A stretch of DNA of 64,000 bases from Bacteroidia bacterium (GTDB taxonomy: Bacteria > Bacteroidota > Ignavibacteria > UBA10030). Position 1 is the first letter of the stretch. The number at the start of each line of letters is the position of its first letter. The position numbers and the translations under genes were made by a program. Positions 1 to 11,611 of the stretch are shown here, piece after piece. The stretch is from positions 273,824-337,823 of the forward strand of contig BQML01000002.1 of assembly GCA_022180565.1 (NCBI GenBank), given 5' to 3'. Below the pieces are notes generated by a model that saw nothing but the letters and a program-made list of their open reading frames with translations, ran no database searches and was not told the origin of the DNA.

Positions 1-164
1 CAAGCTCCCTTTCTGACGTCATTTCGACATTCTATACAAGCTTTTCCGTGACCGTGTCGAAGAGTCTGGAAACGGGCGCAACAACGGGACCGTTTACTCT
101 GACGATTACAGCTTCCGGTCCCAACGGCGAAGCGTCGGCAACCCTGGCGGGCACCGTGAATTGA
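1..164 (+). CDS. 3' end of an upstream gene truncated by the window edge; in-frame C-terminus ...TGPFTLTITASGPNGEASATLAGTVN*
   Basis: Open frame from window start to TGA at 162-164, followed by a strong intrinsic terminator; too short to identify. Confidence 0.3.
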   Translation, partial: SSLSDVISTFYTSFSVTVSKSLETGATTGPFTLTITASGPNGEASATLAGTVN

Positions 165-186
165 GCGAAGCTTGGGGGACAGCAAG

Positions 187-218
187 AAAGCCATCCGCGA
201 GGATGGCTTTCTTGTTTT
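187..218 (+). terminator. Rho-independent terminator (10-bp stem AAAGCCATCC/GGATGGCTTT, loop GCGA, then CTTGTTTT)
   Basis: Perfect inverted repeat followed by a T-run immediately downstream of the truncated + strand gene. Confidence 0.55.
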
Positions 219-350
219 GGCGAGGTTGTTTCGGATCAGAATTTACAGAATTTACAGAATTTTCAAAAATGAGGAGATCAACCTCATGCTGAGAATTCTG
301 AAATTCTTGTCCGGCACGAGGCGGGTGGATGCGCCAGCGCGATTCCTGAT

Positions 351-1631
<1,281 letters not shown>

Positions 1632-1697
1632 GGGGGATTCGGTGCTTGGTCATCGGTTGTGGATGAGACGTCAGATTGTCCTTTGGCTCTGTTGACA

Positions 1698-2678
1698 TCA
1701 CAGCATTCCATGGGCCCTGTACCACGCAAATGTTCGCTCAACGGCGGTGCGGAAGGGGGTCACAGAATATCCGAGTTCCCGGATGGCCTTCTCGCAGGAG
1801 AACCAGCAGGTAAGGTTGAGGCCTGCCACAAGTTCCTTTCCTATCCATGGCTTGGTACGAGTTGCATTGGCAACGGTTTCCGAAACTGCGGCGATGGTTT
1901 GTGCCCCCCAGAAGGGCATCTTAAAGAGCGGCTTCCATCCCCCCACAACTTCTGCGGTAATTTCAAGAATCTCTTTGTGCGTAAGGTTTTCCCCCGTGAG
2001 CAAGTATCGCTCTCCGACGCGTCCCTGCCTCGCGGCGGCCAAATGACCCCGGACGACATCCCCCACATACACAACGCTTATCCCCCCATCAATATAATAA
2101 AAAATGCGCTTCCGGTAGACGTCGCGGACAATTTGTCCGCCGTTGAAATGAATATCGCGCTCTCCGAGAATCACGGAAGGATTGACGATCACGGCCGGCA
2201 GGCCGGCCTGGACGCCCTTGAGGACTTCCTGTTCGGCCCTGAATTTGGAAATCCGATATCCCACATCGTAGGGGCCCCAGTTAAACGGAGTGGTTTCATC
2301 GGCCGGGGATCCATCGCTTCGGAAGCCCACGGCGGCGACGGAGCTTGTATGCACGAGCTTTCCGACATCTTCCCTGAGGCAGGCCCGCACAACATTGAGT
2401 GTCCCGCCGATATTGATATCGTACATTTCAGGCCGCTGGAGTTTCCAGTAAGAGACAAGAGCCGCAGTGTGGAACACGATATCACATCCGCGAACGGCTG
2501 AACGGACCGCTTCCGGATCGCGAAGATCGCCGATTACATGCTCGAGATCAAGATCGGCGATCGCCATGAGATTGGACGCGGCCCTGCGGAGAATTCGGAC
2601 ATGGTAGCCTTCGGCGCTCAGCGTAGCGGCCAGGTTGGAACCAAGGAACCCTGTTGCGCCGGTGACAAGGACGCGCAT
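1698..2678 (-). CDS. NAD-dependent epimerase/dehydratase (SDR family; DFR/HpnA-like)
   Basis: N-terminal Rossmann motif VLVTGATGFLGSNL and a YxxxK catalytic region; 326 aa. Confidence 0.85.
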   Translation of the reverse strand: MRVLVTGATGFLGSNLAATLSAEGYHVRILRRAASNLMAIADLDLEHVIGDLRDPEAVRSAVRGCDIVFHTAALVSYWKLQRPEMYDINIGGTLNVVRACLREDVGKLVHTSSVAAVGFRSDGSPADETTPFNWGPYDVGYRISKFRAEQEVLKGVQAGLPAVIVNPSVILGERDIHFNGGQIVRDVYRKRIFYYIDGGISVVYVGDVVRGHLAAARQGRVGERYLLTGENLTHKEILEITAEVVGGWKPLFKMPFWGAQTIAAVSETVANATRTKPWIGKELVAGLNLTCWFSCEKAIRELGYSVTPFRTAVERTFAWYRAHGML

Positions 2679-2681
2679 ACA

Positions 2682-3533
2682 TCAGAGGGAAAGCGAGATC
2701 CCGGTGGAAAGTGCCAGCGAGCGGGTAAGACCGTCAACGTTGATGTCGCGCTTCAGTAGTGGGACTGCGATCATTGCGGTGAGTTCAACGTTCGCCGAAA
2801 TGGTCCATGATCCGCGGCCGACGACATTCACCTGGGTCTGGTCGCTCCCTGGTACAAGGCGGAAGGTTTCCGGGGGGGCGGTGGTATCCAGTACGCTGGA
2901 TTCCTGCAGACGTTTGAGAACGAGGAATTCGGCTCCGGCCGTCCACGGACCCGCGGCGTAGGAATAACCCGCCCTGAGCAAAAGATCGTCGCCGCGTTTC
3001 AGGCGTGTGAGAGCATTTTTGCTTCGACCAAAGGGGGCCTGCCAGGCCACGGCGGCGTTGAATCCGGAGAGCCGGACATGGAGTCCGGCCAGCAGGTCGT
3101 TGCTTCCCAGCCCGCTTTGGTAAGCCTGGGGCAGGCCGCCCGCATTCACATCGGCCAATGCGATTTTGCCGCCGATTTGCAGATCAAGGTCGCCGGGTCC
3201 AAGGGCCAGGAGGGGCTTCGAAAAAACGATCGTCAGATCGCCGATGCCCGAGACTGATCCGAGTGGACCGGATTGGCTGTTGAAGGGGAGGGTCACGGAC
3301 AGGCGGCCTATCGTCGGGAACGCGAGTCGGGCCGAGACCTGAACGGAATGAAACCTGAGATTGTCCGGTGATCCGCTCGTTCCGAAGCTGTAATCCGCCG
3401 AGAGGGCGAACATGCCTTCGGGCTCATGACTGCCGCCAATGGAGCATACGCCTGCATCGGAGCATTGGGCATGGAGCGGCACGAAGAATCCGGCCGGCAG
3501 AAGCGAGGCAATCAGGAAGTGTCGGAAGGTCAT
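2682..3533 (-). CDS. predicted outer-membrane beta-barrel protein (signal peptide; MetA/phenol-pathway-like transporter fold suspected)
   Basis: N-terminal signal peptide, alternating beta-strand-like pattern, C-terminal ...ISLSL; lies inside the hemB...hemL operon with 4-bp overlaps. Confidence 0.55.
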   Translation of the reverse strand: MTFRHFLIASLLPAGFFVPLHAQCSDAGVCSIGGSHEPEGMFALSADYSFGTSGSPDNLRFHSVQVSARLAFPTIGRLSVTLPFNSQSGPLGSVSGIGDLTIVFSKPLLALGPGDLDLQIGGKIALADVNAGGLPQAYQSGLGSNDLLAGLHVRLSGFNAAVAWQAPFGRSKNALTRLKRGDDLLLRAGYSYAAGPWTAGAEFLVLKRLQESSVLDTTAPPETFRLVPGSDQTQVNVVGRGSWTISANVELTAMIAVPLLKRDINVDGLTRSLALSTGISLSL

Positions 3534-4534
3534 CGGTTCAGGAGCTTTGCGGCATCTTTGGCGAAATATGTGAGAATCAGGTCCGCCCCGGCGCGTTTGA
3601 TGGAGGTCAGGACTTCCATCATGATTCGCTGTTCGTCGATCCAGCCGCTCCGTGCGGCTGCCTTGATCATCGAATATTCGCCGCTGACATTGTAGGCGGC
3701 GGTCGGCATGCCGAAGCGGTCTTTGACGCGTTTGATCACGTCGAGATAGGAGAGAGCAGGCTTCACCATGACCATATCGGCTCCCTCGGCAATATCCTGC
3801 TCTACTTCACGCAGGGCCTCGTCCGCATTTGCGGGATCCATCTGGTGAGATCTGCGGTCGCCGAACTGCGGTGTACTTTCAGCGGCGTCCCGGAAGGGTC
3901 CGTAGAAGCCCGATGCGTATTTGGCGGCATAGGAAACAATAGGAAGATAGGGAAAACCATGGGAGTCGAGTGTTTCGCGGATTGCCGCCACGCGGCCATC
4001 GAACATGTCGGACGGAGCAACGATGTCGGCACCCGCCTGTGCATGCGTGAGCGCCTCCTTTGCGAGCAGTTCCACTGATTCGTCGTTGACAAGCCGGCCG
4101 TCACGGAGAATTCCGCAATGGCCGTGAGACGTATACTCGCAAAGACACACATCGGTCATCACGACGAGATCCGGTACCTCTTTCTTGATCGCACGAATGG
4201 CCATTTGGACGATCCCGGCCTCGTCATAGGCTTCGCTCCCGCGCTCATCCTTGTGCGACGGAATGCCGAAGAGGATCACGCCGGGGATATGCAGACTGAA
4301 AACCGTGAGGCACTCGCGGACGGCCTGATCGATGGACAATTGGAACACGCCCGGCATCGAGGATACTTCCTTGCGGACGTTTCTCCCCGGCACGACGAAG
4401 AGGGGGTAGATGAAATCCGAGGGGGAAAGCTCCGTTTCCCTGACCATGGATCGCAACTGTTCGGTCAGGCGAAAACGGCGAAGCCGCCGTATGCCCGCAA
4501 GATGCGGTGTCGTTGAGATGTCGCGCGTTGTCAT
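3530..4534 (-). CDS. hemB: porphobilinogen synthase (delta-aminolevulinic acid dehydratase)
   Basis: 334 aa; conserved ALAD motifs (…[14 protein letters not shown]…, active-site Lys region …MVKPA…). Confidence 0.95.
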   Translation of the reverse strand: MTTRDISTTPHLAGIRRLRRFRLTEQLRSMVRETELSPSDFIYPLFVVPGRNVRKEVSSMPGVFQLSIDQAVRECLTVFSLHIPGVILFGIPSHKDERGSEAYDEAGIVQMAIRAIKKEVPDLVVMTDVCLCEYTSHGHCGILRDGRLVNDESVELLAKEALTHAQAGADIVAPSDMFDGRVAAIRETLDSHGFPYLPIVSYAAKYASGFYGPFRDAAESTPQFGDRRSHQMDPANADEALREVEQDIAEGADMVMVKPALSYLDVIKRVKDRFGMPTAAYNVSGEYSMIKAAARSGWIDEQRIMMEVLTSIKRAGADLILTYFAKDAAKLLNR

Positions 4535-4574
4535 ACGATCTGAAAGTTAGAAAGAATGAATGAAAAAGAACAGA

Positions 4575-7013
4575 TCAATCGTTTCCGTTATTTTCCAACT
4601 GTTCCAATCTCGCTTGTGCCACACTGTTTTGGGGATCCATCCGAAGAATCCGCTTATAGGTCGCTTTTGCTGCCCACAACGCTTTCTTCTTTTCAAAAAT
4701 GTCTCCCCGGGCCAGGAGGATGTCAGTCTCCTCCGGCGCGAGTCTTTGAGCCCGCTCCAGTGCGTCAAGGGCCTCGTCGAACAGCTCGATCTTCGCATAG
4801 ATCTGTGCTATCTTCGCGTGGAGGTCTGCCCTGGCTCCGGGCGATCGTGCTTTCTGCAGTTGGAGTTCCAGTGCGCGCATGTTTTCCCAATCGGCAACAA
4901 TCGGAGCCGTGATGTCGATTCTGCGCAGTCGCTTCAGAAACTCGTACGATTCTGTCGTATCGCCGAGTTGTTTGGCATAGTAACATCCCCAGAGGGCGGC
5001 GGAGAAGTGAAATGTGTCGGCCTGTGCAATGTTGCGCATGACGGCAAGCGCCGTTGCACCGTATCCGAGGGTCCAGTAGGCCAGCCCCGCTTCGAACGCC
5101 GTATAGCCACGTTGAATCCCTGTTTCCCGCCCTGCTTTCCGCAATTGCAGCATCGCTCCGATCATGGCTTGCGCGAGTTGTGAATAGGCCGTGGATTTCG
5201 GAAGCGTGAACAAGCGTCTGTTCATCTCCATCGTGCCGGCAGAATCACCGGCGATTGACAGAACTGCCATGACCTGAAAGACCGGCTCGGGCTCATGGGG
5301 TTCCTGTCGCGCAGCGGCCCCGAAGAGTTCGAGGGCTCTTTCATAATTCAACCGGTGCAGGGCTCTGCGTCCCGCCAGAATTTTTCCCTCTGCGGTTGCG
5401 GTGTCGGGCAGGGGTGGTGCGGGAGACGGACGCGGCTCAAGAAGTGCGGAGTGGATTTTCGCAATCCTGAGGTCGGCCACCCGGTGGAGCGGTTCAAGCC
5501 AGAGGCGGTTTGATTCGAGCATGGCGATCTCAAAGGTTTCCAGACCGTTCCACATTGCCGTCGTCACGAGGTACTCTGCTCCGTGATCCCTCAGGAGCCT
5601 TTCCAGAATCGGTGTGGGGAGTGCCCTGCTGGCCTCCAGGACTTTACGGGGATGAACGAACACGGCGAGATCCTTTGCGGGACTTGCGATGACCGCGTCT
5701 TCGGGCGTGTTCCGGTTGATCCATTCACCAAGCAGAGACCAGGGTTGGCCAAACCAGTCCGCATCGCGGGAAGATTTCGAGAATCCGGCCGGATCGGCGC
5801 GGTATGCGATGTTGGACCGGGCGATCTCGAAGGATGTCGAGACGTTGGGCAGGATGAGGATTGCGGAAAGAGCGGCTCCCACCGACGTACGCCGGATTCC
5901 GGCCGGAAGCCGCGCAAGCAGATTCATGAGGCTTTTGACCGCATAATACAACAACAACGGGAGGAGCGGAAGGAGAAATCTGATTTCGTGTACGGGATAC
6001 AGGAGAATGATCACGAGATACAAGAACAGGGTCAGGGACCTGAATAATCCCGCGGGGGAAAGAGCCCGGTCAAGGACCATCCCGTGGACGACCAGAACTC
6101 CCGCCACAATCGTCAATATAGGTTTTGCGGCCTCGAACAAGCTCTGGAGAAACGAATGCGCCGGAGACGGTGAGACAACAAGATCATGGGGGAAAGGGTG
6201 GAAGATGGCTGATCCGATAGTCCAGGCGTACCCTTTCAGGTTTGTCCAGAAGCGTGTATCAAGTTCAGCCAGGAGGGAATCCTCGGGCCCCGTCACAAAT
6301 CGCCCGAACATGAACTGGATATTTGAGGCCTCGCCGGCTTCCTGGGAACCTACAATCAGATTTCTCACCGTCCATGCGAGGAACAAGAGCGCACAGGGAA
6401 TTGCGAGAACCACAAACGCCTTTCCGCGCTTTTCCCTGAACAAGACGACGAGAGCGGACAGGGCAAAAGCAAGTCCGACCTCCCTGAGTAAGGGAAGCAC
6501 GGCGATCAGGATCGCGAGGAGGATGGGTGGGGTTGCGGCATGGTCTTGCTTGAGGAACCGTTCCGTCATCAAGAGCATCGCGATCGAGAAGCAAAGAAAG
6601 GGGGCTTCCGAGAGGATTTCGGTTGAGGTGACCAGGAAAAGCGGGTTGAATGCCAAAAAAGCGGTAACAATCAGCGATACCGGCGTTCCAGTGTGAGGGC
6701 GGAGCCAAACGAACAAGAGGAGAAGCGCTCCCCCTGCCCAGAACAGGGTCCAGATCTTTGCCGCGGTGACGGAAAGTGGGAAAAACAGCTCCACCGGCAC
6801 CAGGAGCACTGCATAGAGCGGAGCATTCATCACGAACCGACTTGGGATGGGTCGGGTGTCGTCGAGAAAACCGTTGCCCGTAGCGAGGGAGTTACCCCAG
6901 ATGAGGTAGCGGGAACTATCAGTAGAGATCAACCGATCGTTCAGCCGGAGAAATCCTGCCGTCAGGAAGAGAACGAGTAGGGCGGAGAGTGCAACAGTTG
7001 TTCTTTTGGTCAT
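4575..7013 (-). CDS. large polytopic membrane protein with a GT-C (ArnT/PMT, GT39/83-like) N-terminal domain and C-terminal TPR repeats
   Basis: 812 aa; more than 10 predicted TM helices in the N-terminal 480 aa, then TPR-like repeats (…YSQLAQAMIGAM…, …AQIYAKIELFDEALDALERAQRLAP…). Confidence 0.7.
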   Translation of the reverse strand: MTKRTTVALSALLVLFLTAGFLRLNDRLISTDSSRYLIWGNSLATGNGFLDDTRPIPSRFVMNAPLYAVLLVPVELFFPLSVTAAKIWTLFWAGGALLLLFVWLRPHTGTPVSLIVTAFLAFNPLFLVTSTEILSEAPFLCFSIAMLLMTERFLKQDHAATPPILLAILIAVLPLLREVGLAFALSALVVLFREKRGKAFVVLAIPCALLFLAWTVRNLIVGSQEAGEASNIQFMFGRFVTGPEDSLLAELDTRFWTNLKGYAWTIGSAIFHPFPHDLVVSPSPAHSFLQSLFEAAKPILTIVAGVLVVHGMVLDRALSPAGLFRSLTLFLYLVIILLYPVHEIRFLLPLLPLLLYYAVKSLMNLLARLPAGIRRTSVGAALSAILILPNVSTSFEIARSNIAYRADPAGFSKSSRDADWFGQPWSLLGEWINRNTPEDAVIASPAKDLAVFVHPRKVLEASRALPTPILERLLRDHGAEYLVTTAMWNGLETFEIAMLESNRLWLEPLHRVADLRIAKIHSALLEPRPSPAPPLPDTATAEGKILAGRRALHRLNYERALELFGAAARQEPHEPEPVFQVMAVLSIAGDSAGTMEMNRRLFTLPKSTAYSQLAQAMIGAMLQLRKAGRETGIQRGYTAFEAGLAYWTLGYGATALAVMRNIAQADTFHFSAALWGCYYAKQLGDTTESYEFLKRLRRIDITAPIVADWENMRALELQLQKARSPGARADLHAKIAQIYAKIELFDEALDALERAQRLAPEETDILLARGDIFEKKKALWAAKATYKRILRMDPQNSVAQARLEQLENNGND

Positions 7014-7708
7014 AGAGTCTTTCGGTTTAGCAGTCTGTTTGCCCGTCGAAAGACGGCATTGAACATGGGCTCCGTAAGCCTTCCCGTGAATGTATTCTGT
7101 TGGCTCGGATGGAATGACCCAAGCAGAATGACTCTTTCGTTCAATCGCACCTCTGCTCCATGGGCAAAGCGAGGCTTCTTCAGCACATCCGTCTTCCCCA
7201 GCTCGGCGAACAGCTGGTATGCCGTGTCAAAGCCGAGTTTTCCCAGACCGATGACCACCTGAACGTTGTTCAGGAGTTTCAGCTCGGCATGGAGAAAAGG
7301 CCGACAGTTGCGGATTTCCCTGGGAAGGGGCTTGTTTTGAGGGGGTGCGCACCGGCATGTTGCAGTGATGAAGCAGTCGGTCAGTTCTTGACCGTCGTTC
7401 CGGTCGATGGACAGGGGGTGGCGGGCAAACCCTGCCTTGTAGAGCGCTCTGTAGAGCCAATCGCCGCTGCGGTCGCCCGTGAACATGCGCCCTGTTCTGT
7501 TTCCTCCATGGGCGGCGGGAGCCAGGCCTACGAGAAGCAGGCGAGCGTATGGGTCACCAAATCCCGGGACAGGTCTTCCCCAGTACTCCTCGTGCCTATA
7601 TCTCCTCGTCTTCTCACGGGCGACTTTCGTTCGCCACCGGACGAGGCGTGGGCACAATGTGCACGCGGTGATTGTGCGGTTGAGCGTGGCCAGTCCTTGG
7701 GTGTTCAT
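7010..7708 (-). CDS. uracil-DNA glycosylase family protein (family 4/5 UDG, 4Fe-4S type)
   Basis: CTLCPRL Cys motif, GLAPAAHGGNRTGRMFTGD motif, C-terminal HPS motif; 232 aa. Confidence 0.85.
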   Translation of the reverse strand: MNTQGLATLNRTITACTLCPRLVRWRTKVAREKTRRYRHEEYWGRPVPGFGDPYARLLLVGLAPAAHGGNRTGRMFTGDRSGDWLYRALYKAGFARHPLSIDRNDGQELTDCFITATCRCAPPQNKPLPREIRNCRPFLHAELKLLNNVQVVIGLGKLGFDTAYQLFAELGKTDVLKKPRFAHGAEVRLNERVILLGSFHPSQQNTFTGRLTEPMFNAVFRRANRLLNRKTL

Positions 7709-8505
7709 CCGCCCAAACGCTTGAGGAATTCCAGAAGATGCTTGTTGAATGCCGCCGGATTCTCCAGATTACTCATGTGGGCCGCGTTGGGAATGGTGTG
7801 CAACACGGAATTCTTAATCTGTTTGTGCATCGCTTCCGAGGCCGACGGGGGTGTCAGGGTGTCTTTTTCTCCCACGAGAATCAAAGTGGGGATCTCGATG
7901 CCGGAGAGGGCCGGCGTCGTATCGGTTCTTGCGGCAAGCGCCAGCAATGTCGCTGCGATCGACAGCGGCGGTGTCGCCTCAATGATCTTGCGAACGGTCT
8001 CGACGGCCGTTGGATGGGTTTTGAACGTTTCGGGTGCGAAGACGGCCTTGACGAATCCTTCGGCAAAGGCCGCCGAACCCGTTTGTTTAACGCTCTTCAT
8101 CTGGTTTGCCCGTTTTATCTTTGCTTCGTTTGAATCTGCCTCGCTGCGGGTATCGCAGAGGATCAGGGCTCGTATTCTGTCGGGATTTCGCTCCACGGCC
8201 CGAAGGGCGATATAGCCGCCCATCGAGAGCCCGCACAACACGGCCTGTCGGATGCCGAGCTCGTCAAGCAAGGCGACCAGATCATCCACAAAGAGTTCGA
8301 TGGTGTATTGTCCGTCCCCCACATCACTGCTCCCGTGTCCGCGCACGTCGTAGGAAATCGCCCGGATGTCGTGGGGAAGGGCCATCATTTGGGGCTCCCA
8401 CATGGCATGGCTGAAGGGGAAGCCGTGGATGAAGACAACCGGCATTCCTTGCGGAAGGCCGCGTTCTTGGTAATTAAGGCCGATTCCGTTGATGTGAATG
8501 TTCAT
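7705..8505 (-). CDS. alpha/beta-fold hydrolase (enol-lactonase/esterase-like)
   Basis: HGFPFS oxyanion motif and GLSMGG nucleophile elbow; 266 aa. Confidence 0.85.
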   Translation of the reverse strand: MNIHINGIGLNYQERGLPQGMPVVFIHGFPFSHAMWEPQMMALPHDIRAISYDVRGHGSSDVGDGQYTIELFVDDLVALLDELGIRQAVLCGLSMGGYIALRAVERNPDRIRALILCDTRSEADSNEAKIKRANQMKSVKQTGSAAFAEGFVKAVFAPETFKTHPTAVETVRKIIEATPPLSIAATLLALAARTDTTPALSGIEIPTLILVGEKDTLTPPSASEAMHKQIKNSVLHTIPNAAHMSNLENPAAFNKHLLEFLKRLGG

Positions 8506-9653
8506 TGTATTCCTCCGTTTCTGACAAAAGCCGCGGCATCAAGGAGAATATCGCGAGCGGCGTTCGGTCTTGCAAGGCGGGCAGTGGCCTCTCGTGCTTC
8601 ATCCAGCAGGCCCGGCTGTTCGAGAATACGCTTGATCTTGTAGCCGATATTCGGAATATCGAGGGCCTTCCAGCCCGCCCGTTCTTCAACGATGATCTCG
8701 GTATTGCGCGTTTCCTGGCCGGGGATCGGATCCACGATAAGCATGGGAGTTCCCATCGCCATCGCTTCGGCCGAGGTCAATCCGCCCGCCTTTGAGATCA
8801 AGAGGTCGCATGCGTTCATCCATGCATGGATGTTTTCCACGAAACCCATTCCGCGAAGGAGCACGTTAGGGGGTGGAACGGTTTTCTCCAAATGCCGGCG
8901 AAGTTTCTCGTTCCTGCCGCACACAGCCACCAGCGTGAAGTGCCTTTGCGGAAACATCTGAAGCATGGCAAGGACTTCCTGAACCATTTTTTCCGGCTTC
9001 CCGACGCCGAATCCTCCCCACACCATGAGAATGGTCAGACGGTCGTCCGGAAGGCCCAGTTGCCGTCGTACCACCGCAGGATGTTGGCGTTTGGCGAAGT
9101 CGGGCATGACGGGAATACCGAGGACACGGATGCGATCGGCCGGGGCTCCTTTTGCGCGAAGCTGCCACGCAGATTCCTCCGTGTGGACGTAGTAGCGATC
9201 GACCACGGAATCTACCCAGTACTGATGAGCGTCAAAATCGGTCGTAACTGCAAACACGGGTGCCTTGATGTTTGATGACCGAAGACGGCCGGAGATGGAG
9301 ATGTAGGGGAGGAAGTGCGTGCAGAGAATCGCATCGGGTTGCTTTCTTTTCAGGAACTCCACGTACTCCCTGTAGTTCAGATCGTCAAAGACTTTCAGGA
9401 GGCCTTTCTTTTCGTACGGTTTCATCTGTGCCCTGGAGTACAGGTATCCCCAGAGTTCGGGGGCCTTATTCACCATCGCAAGATAGGATCCGGCGTACAG
9501 ATGTTTGAAGGTTTTCGAGGTGAAGTCGAGGCAATCGAAGTGTTCGCAGGTGAGATCGCTCATGGTTTCGGCGGCATGCTCGAGTGCGGCTGCCGCGCGC
9601 AAATGTCCGGCGCCTCCCGTTGCAGAGAGGATAAGGAAAGAGAGGGGTTTCAT
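8502..9653 (-). CDS. glycosyltransferase family 28, MGDG-synthase/UgtP-like diacylglycerol glycosyltransferase
   Basis: N-terminal ILSATGGAGHLRAAAAL motif and a C-terminal GT-B UDP-sugar binding region; 383 aa. Confidence 0.8.
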   Translation of the reverse strand: MKPLSFLILSATGGAGHLRAAAALEHAAETMSDLTCEHFDCLDFTSKTFKHLYAGSYLAMVNKAPELWGYLYSRAQMKPYEKKGLLKVFDDLNYREYVEFLKRKQPDAILCTHFLPYISISGRLRSSNIKAPVFAVTTDFDAHQYWVDSVVDRYYVHTEESAWQLRAKGAPADRIRVLGIPVMPDFAKRQHPAVVRRQLGLPDDRLTILMVWGGFGVGKPEKMVQEVLAMLQMFPQRHFTLVAVCGRNEKLRRHLEKTVPPPNVLLRGMGFVENIHAWMNACDLLISKAGGLTSAEAMAMGTPMLIVDPIPGQETRNTEIIVEERAGWKALDIPNIGYKIKRILEQPGLLDEAREATARLARPNAARDILLDAAAFVRNGGIQ

Positions 9654-10132
9654 GAAGCCGAGGCGGGTGGTTCGGGAGGGGAACGGTGAAGCAGGTGACC
9701 GATGCGTTCAAGAACCTCAGGGGGCGCTTCGGCCTCGAACAGCGGAAACAGTTCCCGCTCTTCCTTGCGGATATGGCCGTCCAAAAGTTGTGCGAAGTTC
9801 TTGAGTTGTTCCGGCGTCTTTTCGGGATCCGGATTCCTGAACCCCTCGGCAAATTCTCTCATGAGCCGGTGCTCATTCAGGAGATCTTTCACCTGACCCC
9901 TCCCTGACGGAACATGTTCTATCACCTGCGGGAACAAGGATTCCTCTTCGGCCTGAAAATGAGGGATGAGGTGTTCACGGAAGAACTCCACGACAAACCG
10001 TGCCTGCCCGGCGGGGTCTTTTGGCCACCCGCTCAGGATCGTTCTCTCCGCGGTGCGGATTTGCTCGGCCAGCAGGAGACCATGATAGTGGTCCTGCGAG
10101 AGTGGAACGAGGCTTTTGTGACGTCTGGCCAT
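9650..10132 (-). CDS. hemerythrin-like (HHE cation-binding) domain protein
   Basis: H…HxxxE motif spacing (…SQDHYHGLLLAEQIR…, …HLIPHFQAEEESLFP…, …HIRKEERELFPLFE…); 160 aa. Confidence 0.7.
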   Translation of the reverse strand: MARRHKSLVPLSQDHYHGLLLAEQIRTAERTILSGWPKDPAGQARFVVEFFREHLIPHFQAEEESLFPQVIEHVPSGRGQVKDLLNEHRLMREFAEGFRNPDPEKTPEQLKNFAQLLDGHIRKEERELFPLFEAEAPPEVLERIGHLLHRSPPEPPASAS

Positions 10133-10164
10133 AACTCACCCTCCCGTCTCCCCCGGTTCCCTTC

Positions 10165-11454
10165 TTACGCTCGCTTATCGATGGGCACCCAGGCGCGTTC
10201 CGCGTGTCCGAGATAGATCTGCCGGGGACGGGCAATCTTCTGCTCCGCATCCAGTATATGTTCTTCCCATTGTGCAAGCCAGCCCACGGTGCGCGGAATG
10301 GCGAAGAGCACTGGGAAGAAGTCCATCGGAAAGCCCATTGCCTGGTAGATGAGGCCGGAATAGAAATCGACGTTCGGATAGAGTTTTCGCTTGATGAAGT
10401 ATTCATCTTCCAGCGCGATCCGCTCCAGCTCGAGTGCGATGTCGAGTTTCGGATTTTTGCCGGTTACCTCGAAGACCTCGTAGGCAAGCTTTTTGATCAC
10501 TTTGGCGCGCGGGTCATAGTTCTTGTACACCCTGTGTCCGAAACCCATCAGCCGGCCCTTGCCCTCTTTGGCGGCCTTCACAAACGCGGGGACATTCTTC
10601 TTGTCCCCGATCTCATCGAGCATGCGGAGAACCGCCTCGTTGGCGCCGCCGTGCAGAGGCCCCCACAGCGCGGCTGCTGCGGCAGCACAGGCAGAGTACG
10701 GATCGACATGGGAGCTGCCGACACCGCGCATCGCGTTGGCACTGCAATTCTGTTCATGGTCTGCATGCAGAATAAACAGCACCGTCAGGGCATGCTCTAA
10801 CGCGGGATGCGGCTCGTATTTCGTGCTCCCCATTTGGAACATCATGTTGAGGAAGTTTCCGGCGTACGTGAGGGAATTGTCGGGATACACATACGGCATG
10901 CCCTTGGAATGTCGGTAGGAAAAAGCGGCAATGGTCGGTACTTTTGCGATCAGCCGATTGATTTGCCGTTGCCGAATCTCGGCATCGAAAATATTCTTTG
11001 CCTCGGGATAGAAGGTGGAGAGGGCGGCGATCGTACTGATGAACATTCCCATGGGATGTGCATCATACCGGAACCCCTCCATGAGCTTCTTGACGTTCTC
11101 ATGGACAAACGTGTGATGACGAATTGTATTGCGCCATTCTTCGCGCTGGGCATGGGTGGGCAGTTCTCCCTTCAAGAGGAGGTATGCGACCTCCATGAAC
11201 GACGTCGAGTGCTCCGCCAACTGCTCAATCGGATAGCCGCGATATCGGAGAATTCCCTTTTCTCCGTCGATGTAAGTGATACGGCTTTTGACCGATGCCG
11301 TATTCATGAACGCCGGATCGTACGACATGAGTCCGAAGTCGGAATCGTGGACCTTGATCTGTCTGAGGTCGGTCGCCCGGATTGCTTCGTTTTCGATGGG
11401 GATCTCGTACTTCTTTCCCGTTCTGTTGTCGATGATCGTGAGAGTCTCCGGCAT
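10165..11454 (-). CDS. gltA: citrate synthase
   Basis: Citrate synthase signatures (…GYPIEQLAEHSTSFMEVAYLL…, …HADHEQNCSANAMRGVGSS…, …GFGHRVYKNYDPRA…); start chosen at MPETLTI; the upstream ORF extension was rejected. Confidence 0.93.
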   Translation of the reverse strand: MPETLTIIDNRTGKKYEIPIENEAIRATDLRQIKVHDSDFGLMSYDPAFMNTASVKSRITYIDGEKGILRYRGYPIEQLAEHSTSFMEVAYLLLKGELPTHAQREEWRNTIRHHTFVHENVKKLMEGFRYDAHPMGMFISTIAALSTFYPEAKNIFDAEIRQRQINRLIAKVPTIAAFSYRHSKGMPYVYPDNSLTYAGNFLNMMFQMGSTKYEPHPALEHALTVLFILHADHEQNCSANAMRGVGSSHVDPYSACAAAAAALWGPLHGGANEAVLRMLDEIGDKKNVPAFVKAAKEGKGRLMGFGHRVYKNYDPRAKVIKKLAYEVFEVTGKNPKLDIALELERIALEDEYFIKRKLYPNVDFYSGLIYQAMGFPMDFFPVLFAIPRTVGWLAQWEEHILDAEQKIARPRQIYLGHAERAWVPIDKRA

Positions 11455-11611
11455 GAAAGCTCCTGTGTGAAGCTGTGATTGGGCCCCCGTTGTGAACCGG
11501 AAATTAACCAAATTTTAGGAAATTCTTCCACCAAAATCGGTACAAACGCGGCTTCGGGGAAGGAAGAAAGTTTCCTATATTATGTGTCCAGAACCAATGC
11601 AAAGGTGAACT

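Noticed and set aside
3368-4078. 236-aa + strand ORF, plus ORFs 4118-4516 and 4560-5183
   Set aside because: Antisense to hemB and the GT-C/TPR gene; no motifs
7160-8215. 351-aa + strand ORF
   Set aside because: Antisense to the UDG and alpha/beta hydrolase genes, which have strong conserved motifs
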